Assembly: GCA_963796965.1 (NCBI GenBank)
Contig: CAWCNS010000004.1
Coordinates: 640,001-704,000 of the forward strand
Origin: Calditrichia bacterium
GTDB taxonomy: Bacteria; Calditrichota; Calditrichia; JAJRVZ01
Length of the DNA: 64,000 bases
Direction of reading: 5' to 3'
The notes beneath the pieces were generated by a model. The model searched no databases. It saw only the letters and a list, made by a program, of their open reading frames with translations, and was not told the DNA's origin. Positions 56,428 to 64,000 of the stretch are shown piece after piece; position 1 is the stretch's first letter; every line of letters begins with the position of its first letter. Both the position numbers and the translations under genes were made by a program.

Positions 56428-57575
56428 GATATACCCTCCATTATATGAAGAACACAGCTGCCGCCTGAACCTCCCATGTTTTGGGCAAGTCCAAGTCGGG
56501 CACCTTCTACCTGACGTTCTCCTGCATTACCACGCAATTGTTCAAATACCTCAATAATCTGAGCAACACCGGTTGCGCCTACCGGGTGACCCTTAGATTT
56601 TAAACCGCCACTTGTATTTATGGGAATTTTGCCTCCTATCCGTGTTTCGCCGTTCTGTACGGCAGGCCCGGATTTTCCTCGTTCATATAAACCTAGTTCT
56701 TCCATTACTACAAGTTCTGCAATAGTAAAACAGTCATGAACTTCTATCAGATCAAGCTCGTCGGGTTTAATACCGGAATCATTAAATGCTATCTCCGCTG
56801 CTTTTTTGACAGCGGGTAAAGAAGCAATATTTGCTCTGCTATGAAGTGCTATATGATCCGTAGCCTGTGCTGAGGCACGAATTTTTACGACTGTCTTCCC
56901 GCTTTTTTTGGCAACCTCTTCTGAACAAACAATAACAGCGGCAGCGCCATCGGTTACAGGTGAGCAATCAAGTAAATGAAGTGGATCAGCAACCATAGTT
57001 GAGTTTAATACCGACTCGGTGGTGATTTTCGTTCGAAATTGGGCATTAGGATTTTTTAGACCATTTTCATGATTTTTAACTGCTACATCTGCCAATTGTT
57101 CGGCGGTTGTACCATACTGATGCATGTGTGATCTGGCAATCATAGCATACAATCCGGGAAACGTGACACCATGAAAGGCTTCATATTCCTGATCTGAAGC
57201 AGTTGCTAAAGCATAGGTTACATCAGAACCATCATTCATTTTTTCTACGCCACCTGCCAGTACAACTTCGCTGGCGCCAGAGGCGATTTCAAAAAAGGCT
57301 TGCCGCACGGCTAATCCGCCTGAGGCACAGGCAGATTCAACATGTGTTGCGGGAATCCCATCTGTTCCAAGGTAATCAGATAGAAGGGAGGCAATGTGCT
57401 CCTGGCCCACGAATAAACCCGGCGACATCGCCCCAATATACATACTCTGAACACGGTCTATACCAGCATCCTTAATTGCTTTTATTGCTGCCTCAACAAA
57501 GAGATCACGAAGAGACATATTCCATATTTCACCGAAAGCAGTCATCCCAGTCCCGATGATATAAACATCCCTCAT
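56424..57575 (-). CDS. Archaeal/SCP2-type acetoacetyl-CoA thiolase
   Basis: [23 protein letters not shown] and QNMGG motifs. Confidence 0.92.
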   Translation of the reverse strand: MRDVYIIGTGMTAFGEIWNMSLRDLFVEAAIKAIKDAGIDRVQSMYIGAMSPGLFVGQEHIASLLSDYLGTDGIPATHVESACASGGLAVRQAFFEIASGASEVVLAGGVEKMNDGSDVTYALATASDQEYEAFHGVTFPGLYAMIARSHMHQYGTTAEQLADVAVKNHENGLKNPNAQFRTKITTESVLNSTMVADPLHLLDCSPVTDGAAAVIVCSEEVAKKSGKTVVKIRASAQATDHIALHSRANIASLPAVKKAAEIAFNDSGIKPDELDLIEVHDCFTIAELVVMEELGLYERGKSGPAVQNGETRIGGKIPINTSGGLKSKGHPVGATGVAQIIEVFEQLRGNAGERQVEGARLGLAQNMGGSGGSCVLHIMEGIS

Positions 57576-57684
57576 GCTTTTTCTCCTGGTAAAGTAAATA
57601 GTTAAATTATTTCTGGCCTATCCTACTTGAGCCTTAAACCAAAATTTGAAAACAGGGATTGTTTCAAATATTTTGTTTAAGGGC

Positions 57685-58732
57685 TCAATCATTCATGTGA
57701 ATCTTATTGTAATGTTTGAGATACTGACCATAGGTTAGATAAATTCTATGGCCATCCAACATATCTTTAAATAAAGGCGCCCTGTTTCGTACCTTTTCAA
57801 TTTCATCAGTAACTTTGAAAATAAAAGCATCACTTCCTGCACCGGACCCAAATGATACTAATAAAATTCGATCACCAGATTTTGACACATCCAGCGTAGC
57901 AGCCAGGCCAGTGGGTGAAGAACCGGAATATGTATTTCCCATCCAGGGAACGACCCATCCAGGTTCCATTTGCTCTTTGTGAAAACCCAAAGTTTTTCCA
58001 GCTCTTTGAGGAAATTTTCCATTTGGCATATGAAAAACAGCATGTGTGAAATCCGAAGCTTTTAAACCTGATTCGTCGAGTATACCATTAGCCTGCATTT
58101 AAAACATGTCTAAAATAAGCAGGTTCACCCGTAAAGCGACCACCGTGTTTGGGATATTTACGACCTTCCCGGCGCCAAAAATCTCCTGTATCTGAGGTAT
58201 AAGAATACGTGTTTTCTATCTCTGCGATAACCGCCTTGTCACCCATAATAAAGGCTGACCCACCGGCAGAAGCCGTATATTCCAGGGCATCTCCAGGTGC
58301 CCCCTGGGAAGTATCTGCGCCGATTCCCATAGCATATTTCATATGTCCTGCTTTTATATGACTATAAGCTACAAACATCGCTTCGGTACCAGCTTTACAG
58401 GCAAATTCATAGTCGGCAACATGAACCTCAGGTCCGATACCAAGTGCATCAATCAGAACAGTTCCACTGGGTTTAACAGCATAGGGATGTGATTCTGATC
58501 CAATGTAGACAGCGCCGATATCTAATGGATTGATTTGGGCACGTGCAAGAGCATATCTGGCAGCTTGAATAGAGATTGTAATCGTGTCCTCATCCATTCC
58601 GGGCACTGTCTTTTCATTAACTAACAAACCCTTTTTTATTGTCTGAGGATCCATGCCCCACTGCCTGGCAATTTCTTCAACTTTGATTCTATAGGAAGGT
58701 ATATAAGATCCGTACCCGACAATTCCGATCAT
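57685..58732 (-). CDS. Archaeal-type hydroxymethylglutaryl-CoA synthase; +1 frameshift near 58092
   Basis: [45 protein letters not shown] and SFGSGAGSD motifs. Confidence 0.9.
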
Positions 58733-59038
58733 ATGATCTCCTTTCCAGATAAATTTAAATTATTGCCCTAGAGTAGTTTATTAGTCAAAACGTTTCAGAA
58801 CCTATATATTTTTATTACAAACAGATAAAATCACTAGTGCTAAGGCAAAATAAAGATAATAGTTTATAAATCAAATAGTTTTTGTCAGATTTCCCTGAAT
58901 TCATCTTGCGGTATATGATCTGGTTTTGCTCGCAGAAGTGAGAAAGTGTAATTATATAGTTTTAGAAGGGTAGGAAAGGATGAATCCCTTATTTATCCGG
59001 GTATTAGACAGAATTATTGAAATTAAATAGAAAATCTC

Positions 59039-59068
59039 TTGACAAAGAGTATGGATCATCGCTACTTT
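59039..59068 (+). promoter_or_regulatory. Sigma70-like promoter for the PilZ-like gene
   Basis: TTGACA-N18-TACTTT. Confidence 0.55.
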
Positions 59069-59161
59069 TAGACATCACGTTTATTCTTTGGTTGTTTGTC
59101 AGCGAACTTTTCGGAAATAAACTTTCCTGAGGTCGGGCAAAATTCGGGGAAGACTTAAATT

Positions 59162-59569
59162 ATGTCAGATAAAGTTACTGAGAGAAAAAGCGAGCGCCGC
59201 TTTACAGAGCGTTATAAAATACCGGACGGGTTGGTATACTTCAGGAAATTAAAAAAAATAAACTGGCTAAATAATTTTCAAGGCCCCTGTGTCTTAAATG
59301 ATATTGCCAGCAATAGTGCCAGTTTTGAGTATCCACATGACCTCGGGATAAAAAAACAGGTAGAGGTGAAAATAGTTTCCCCTATATCTCAGAAAGAAAT
59401 ATCTGTTAAGGGTCAAATTGCACGCAAAAACACCAAAACAGAAAGTGGAGAATTTGTTTACGTCGTCCAGTTTAGCCCTTTTGGAAAGGGATATCAGTAT
59501 AATTCCTTGATGAGCAGAGAAAAAATGCGGGCATTTATAAAAACGGTTCAAACAAAAAATGACGCTTAA
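59162..59569 (+). CDS. PilZ-like domain protein (degenerate)
   Basis: ERRFTER (RxxxR), DIASNS at the DxSxxG position, then ISVKGQIAR and YVVQF strands. Confidence 0.6.
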   Translation: MSDKVTERKSERRFTERYKIPDGLVYFRKLKKINWLNNFQGPCVLNDIASNSASFEYPHDLGIKKQVEVKIVSPISQKEISVKGQIARKNTKTESGEFVYVVQFSPFGKGYQYNSLMSREKMRAFIKTVQTKNDA

Positions 59570-59612
59570 ATCCAGTATTACTCAAGTTATACCTCTGAAA
59601 TTTCCAGTTGAC

Positions 59613-60428
59613 TTAATAGATGTACTCAGCAAGGAAATTTAATATACCCTCATAGTATTTTTTCCCTGATACTAAAAAACCATCATTATGTGAGCCGGAT
59701 ATTTCCAAAAACTGTTTAGGTTCCTTTGCCATCTGGTAATTTTTTTGTCCATGTGAAAAGGGGATGATCTCATCATTCGGACTATGTATAAATAGAATTG
59801 GAGAGGATATATTTTGTAACCGCTGGATTGTTGGATAATTATATCTGGCAAGCAAGCGGATCGGAAATAAGGGATAAAGACTTGCTCCTAAATCGGGGAG
59901 AGATGTAAAACTTGACTCGAGAATCAAGGCACCTGGATCCACCTCAGCAGCTAAGGCGGATGCAATGCCACTACCTAGCGAGCGGCCAAATATTACAATC
60001 TGCTGTGGTTGGAATCCTTCTTTGTTTAGCAAATACTCCCATGCGGCCTCTACATCACGGTAAGTTCCTGATTCATCCGGACTGCCCGCACTCTTTCCAA
60101 ACCCCCGGTAATCAAATATCAAAACATTGAGAGAAAGGGCATTAAAAAGTTTAATTGATTCTAACCTCTGCGATATATTTCCTGCATTACCATGACAAAA
60201 AAGCAAAACAGCTTTTGCTGAATCGGCAGGAATATACCAGCCATGTATTTTTATCTTATCTCTTGTTTCCAGGAAAATGTCTGTGTAATTCAATCCTACA
60301 TCACGGGGAGTAAATGTTACATTTTTATCGGGGAAGAATATCAAATGTTTCTGAAAAAGAAAAAGTAATATACAAATGGACAGATATACAATTAATAATA
60401 AACCAATTGTTGTTAATAGTAATTTCAT
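59613..60428 (-). CDS. Alpha/beta hydrolase (ABHD17/Bem46-like) with N-terminal TM
   Basis: HGNAGN, DYRGFG, GRSLG, DEII and HND motifs. Confidence 0.9.
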   Translation of the reverse strand: MKLLLTTIGLLLIVYLSICILLFLFQKHLIFFPDKNVTFTPRDVGLNYTDIFLETRDKIKIHGWYIPADSAKAVLLFCHGNAGNISQRLESIKLFNALSLNVLIFDYRGFGKSAGSPDESGTYRDVEAAWEYLLNKEGFQPQQIVIFGRSLGSGIASALAAEVDPGALILESSFTSLPDLGASLYPLFPIRLLARYNYPTIQRLQNISSPILFIHSPNDEIIPFSHGQKNYQMAKEPKQFLEISGSHNDGFLVSGKKYYEGILNFLAEYIY

Positions 60429-60576
60429 AATTATGCAGTTATTAAAGAGAGGGGAGAAGGGTGACAAAATTAATTAGGATGAATATATTTACTCTCCGAC
60501 TATATCATAATCCACCCGGTAACATCAACAAGTGCTGTCCTCTACCTGAAGTGATACTATTTGAACCTTTATAAAA

Positions 60577-60610
60577 AATACAGAGACGTGGCAGAGCACG
60601 TCTCCGTATT
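60577..60610 (-). terminator. REP-like hairpin/terminator downstream of the DUF4412 gene
   Basis: AATACAGAGACGTG-GCAGAG-CACGTCTCCGTATT with a T-run on the minus strand. Confidence 0.6.
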
Positions 60611-60644
60611 ATTATTAAGATTAAATTGTGAGATTGAATTCAAA

Positions 60645-61460
60645 TTAATAAGGATTCATTCCCGCTCCTTGCTTCTCCCAAGGGTTTTCCTCTTTTTCAA
60701 ATCCGGAGGGTAGTTCAAATAATGCGCCGTCAAGATCTTTTTTTGTAATCTCTTTCATCTCACCCTGACTGTTCTGCTGGCCATCCATAAAATCAACCCA
60801 CTTTACAGGTATACCACTAATACCCTGTTCTTTTTCCCATTCCTCTGAACCTATTTTCATTATTTCCATGGCATCCTGCGATATGACATCAAAGAATTCG
60901 GCCATCTTTTTAAATCCGGATACGTCCCCACGTTTGATGCCGATTTGATCCCAGGAAGCTGTCCACATTTCACTCGTTTTTTTGCCTTCTTTAAATCCTT
61001 CATACTGATCGCAGTTCCATTTTCCAACTTTTTGTCCGCTTGCTTTCTTTTTATATTCGGTTTTAACAACTTTTGCATTGCCCATCCCGGAAGGCATCAT
61101 TTGTTCCATCATTTTTCGTTGTTCCTCGGGTAGATTTTTCATCTGTTCTTTCATCATTTCCTGCATTTTGTCCATTTGTACTTTTAATTTTTTCATATCC
61201 TCCTGCGTCATTTCTGCATAGGATTTTTTGTCCATGTTTACAACCCAGAATACATTTTTATCACCACGAAAAATGATAACCTGTTTTTCATCACTACCAC
61301 TCATTTCCATACGTAGGCGATCGTTATCGACATACATGGTGGTTGTCATGTCAACATTCATCTGATTGGATTTCTCAGTACTTTTGATTATGATTCCTGC
61401 ATGTATGGAACCAGCAGAAAAAATAATACAGAGTGTAAGAAATGTTAATGCAATTTTCAT
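60645..61460 (-). CDS. Secreted DUF4412-like protein
   Basis: Signal peptide, Met/Gln-rich helix, KVGKWNCDQY, GIPVK and LFELPSGF motifs; AAGGAG RBS. Confidence 0.7.
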   Translation of the reverse strand: MKIALTFLTLCIIFSAGSIHAGIIIKSTEKSNQMNVDMTTTMYVDNDRLRMEMSGSDEKQVIIFRGDKNVFWVVNMDKKSYAEMTQEDMKKLKVQMDKMQEMMKEQMKNLPEEQRKMMEQMMPSGMGNAKVVKTEYKKKASGQKVGKWNCDQYEGFKEGKKTSEMWTASWDQIGIKRGDVSGFKKMAEFFDVISQDAMEIMKIGSEEWEKEQGISGIPVKWVDFMDGQQNSQGEMKEITKKDLDGALFELPSGFEKEENPWEKQGAGMNPY

Positions 61461-61543
61461 AATTTACTCCTTTATGTTAGGATTACTTGATTAATGTTCG
61501 CCAATCATGCTTGAACTTCTCATGTAGAGAGATTTAAAACTAA

Positions 61544-61699
61544 ACACAAAGTGCACCAAGGAGGCACAAAGTACACAAAGTCAATTTTCTTAATAAAAAC
61601 TTTGTGATCTTAGTGCCTTTGAAATCTTGGAGGATTTCATCCCGATAAGTCTAAGTGATGTAGACATATATATCGGGGCTTGGTGACCATTGTGGTAAA
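61544..61699. repeat. CACAAAG-type element with nested CCCGATA...TATCGGG hairpin
   Basis: ACACAAAGTGCACCAAGGAGGCACAAAGTACACAAAG; the right arm is interrupted at 61621-61678 by hairpins. Confidence 0.65.
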
Positions 61700-61769
61700 A
61701 CAAAATTTGCAATTAATGACGTTCCTATGATATGATAAAACAATTCTTCAATGAGAAAGGATAATTCCC

Positions 61770-62376
61770 TCATTTCTCGACTATAAAACGACGTCCCAGT
61801 GTAGTATATTCCACACCAGCAAGTTTCCCAATTGGATTTAGAAGGGTTGTGTTAATATTGCCATTCTCGTAAATAGTGTCCTCAATGTGATAAACTAATA
61901 TTTCTCCGATGACCAAAGTGCCGGATCCGGGAGAGCCATCACCAATATCAACGGTTTGATATAATCTACATTCAAGGCTAATCGGTGATTCCATTACACG
62001 CGGCGGTTTAACTATCTGAGATGCAATCGCTGTCAATCCGGTTTCCTCGAATTCATCCACATCCGGTGGATAATCCTTTGCAGCACCATGCATCTGCCTC
62101 GCAATATTCTCTGAGACGATATTTATAACAAATTCTCCTGAAAAATCTATATTGGACAAGGTATCTTTTTTGGTATTGGGACCCGTTTTGCGGGCAGAGG
62201 AAAAACAAATTGTCGCAGGATTACTCGTCACCCCCATAAAAAATGAGAACGGAGCCAGATTTGGGATTCCATCTTCTGAAATAGTTGAAATAAAGGCAAT
62301 TGGTCTTGGAAGAATTGCTCCCACTAGGTAGCTTATAATTCTCTTTTATACTTAGTTCTTTCGCATTCAGAATCAT
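61770..62376 (-). CDS. Flavin reductase-like family protein; +1 frameshift near 62328
   Basis: PRPIAFIST, NLAPFSFF, KDTLSNI, DEFEETGL and LEC motifs; N-terminus MILNAKELSIKENYKL lies in the upstream frame. Confidence 0.88.
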
Positions 62377-62661
62377 CAATTTCTCTCATTATTGAATTAG
62401 GATTTATTATTCCAATCGTGTGTAGGATACAAGTTAAGCATAAAGTCTATTAAAAAATAATAACTATAAATTGCCGTTATATCCCTTGCACCTCATTTCT
62501 CGTTATGAGCAATCCCTCTGGGAATAGGACTTCTTTTTAGAAGTATCCTTTGTGGTTAGGAAGTGAAAAAGTATAGGAAAAGATTTAGACATCCGGATAT
62601 AAATGTAAACAGGAAGAAAGTTTGATTCAAGAAATTATCCATGACAAACGGTCAAATAATG

Positions 62662-62728
62662 AAAAGCGGATATCACCGATTAATTGGGCCTGGGGATAAT
62701 TAACCGGAGGGAGAAGTGATATCCGCCT
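62662..62728 (-). terminator. Terminator-like stem with C/U-rich bulge and loop
   Basis: GCGGATATCAC/GTGATATCCGC stem followed by TTTT on the minus strand. Confidence 0.65.
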
Positions 62729-62743
62729 AAGAAGCCACTTATA

Positions 62744-63962
62744 TCATTTGACCAATACCATTCTCCTTACTTCCTCGAATTCGCCGGCTTTCAAGTGGTA
62801 GTAATAGATGCCGTTTGTAAACCCGATCGCATCCCATGTCACCCGATGTTGGCCAGCATTCTGTTTTTCTGAAATAAGTGTTACCATCTTTTGACCTAAA
62901 GCGTTATAAATGTTTAATTCCACATAATTGATTTCGGGTAACTGATAACTGATAACTGTAGACGGATTAAAGGGGTTCGGAGAGTTCTGATACAATTTGA
63001 AGGATTCCAACTTTGTTTCTTCAGTTTTTACGGGAGGTGGATCGATCGTATCTATCGGGTATGTTGGCGATGCCGAGAGAGGTTGGTGAACGGTGCGAAC
63101 ACCGTTAACCGAAACATCAATTAACCGATACCAGTATGTAAGTCCATTAAAAACAGAGGTGTCGGTGAAGTGATAAGTTCTTTTTACCGAACTATTTCCA
63201 GCGCCGATTAATGCCTCCACAGATTCATAAGAAGCGATCTGAATAAAATCCTTCTCTTCGTAGAAGGACCGCTCCAGTATAAAACCCTGATTATCCAGCT
63301 CGGCCTCGGTTGTCCATGATATTTCTACCCTGCAATCATAACCGGCAACTTTAAAGGAAGAAAGGCTGTACAGGAAGACTAATATCACCGTTGGATTGAT
63401 TCGCATTTAATATACCAGGGGTAGGGGCAACATAGTCCCAGGCTTTTTGATACAATTCATAGGAACTATCCGGTGCTGATAAGCTGTTATCAGAATTTTG
63501 ATCAGATCCAATATTACGCCAGGGTGGATCCCCACCGGTAAGATCACCACTACCATTCCATGTAAGTGCCTGAATCCTCGTCTCCTGATCATTGAGGAGT
63601 AAAATCCCATCGGGTCCATTCTGTAAAGATGGTGTGCCCCATTCAAAATCATAATTTTGAACCTGGTGGCCGGTTCTTTTAAGAACGATAAAACCAATCT
63701 TTTGGCCACCAAGATCCGTTATGCCATCATCGGGAAAAGTGGTGCCAGGGGGAAAACTATAGGTAAAAACCATACTTCCTCCACTGCCATTATAGTGGAT
63801 GATCTGCCAATTTGAAATGTCAAATCCGGCAAGCCCTATTAGTTCGATAAATTCACCATCATCTGTACTGGCATCATTTGCCCTTATTTCATTGATGTAT
63901 ACATTTTGAGATCGTGCACTCAAAAAGAACATCAGTAAGATAAAAAGTGTCATTTTCGTCAT
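62744..63962 (-). CDS. Secreted protein with lamin-tail-like domain and C-terminal T9SS type A-like sorting domain; +1 frameshift near 63368
   Basis: VYINEI..D.EFIEL, LQNGPDG, SLPV.LSSF, WTTEAELDNQGF and LYQNSPNPFNPST...RRMVLVK motifs. Confidence 0.85.
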
Positions 63963-64000
63963 TATCCAATCTCCTGTTCTGGTTTGAAATTATAGGAGCA

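Noticed and set aside
56035..58732. 2,4-diacetylphloroglucinol (phl) cluster
   Set aside because: No PhlD-like type III PKS in the window, and the HMGCS catalytic residues are retained.

Overview
AT-rich bacterial chromosomal window. A Calditrichota/KSB1/Ignavibacteria-like host is inferred from the C-terminal 'QNSPNPFNPST' sorting domain, the propeller-SpoIIE sensor and the abundant lipoproteins. Bases 1-25 kb hold a mostly + strand catabolic region: two GDPD phosphodiesterases, alkaline phosphatase, SGNH esterase, GH78, GH20, two unclassified hydrolase-like proteins, DUF1080, two PmoA-like paralogs, an FGGY kinase and a serpin. Bases 25-49 kb hold peptidases (S41-TPR, tricorn, serine hydrolase-TPR, M29), a propeller-SpoIIE sensor, a PHP/PfkB/thioesterase/IscU-like run, thiI and a BlaI/BlaR1-TonB pair with a clear operator. 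Bases 49-64 kb hold alaS, a PLP lyase, recX, recA and an archaeal-type HMG-CoA synthase/thiolase/DUF35 operon. About 17 frameshifts split genes, including alaS and recA; 16 of them are +1, so they are most likely long-read errors. Intergenic DNA is rich in nested palindromic repeats and 7-/9-mer arrays. No rRNA, tRNA, CRISPR array or transposase was seen. All functional calls come from motif recognition only; no searches were run.
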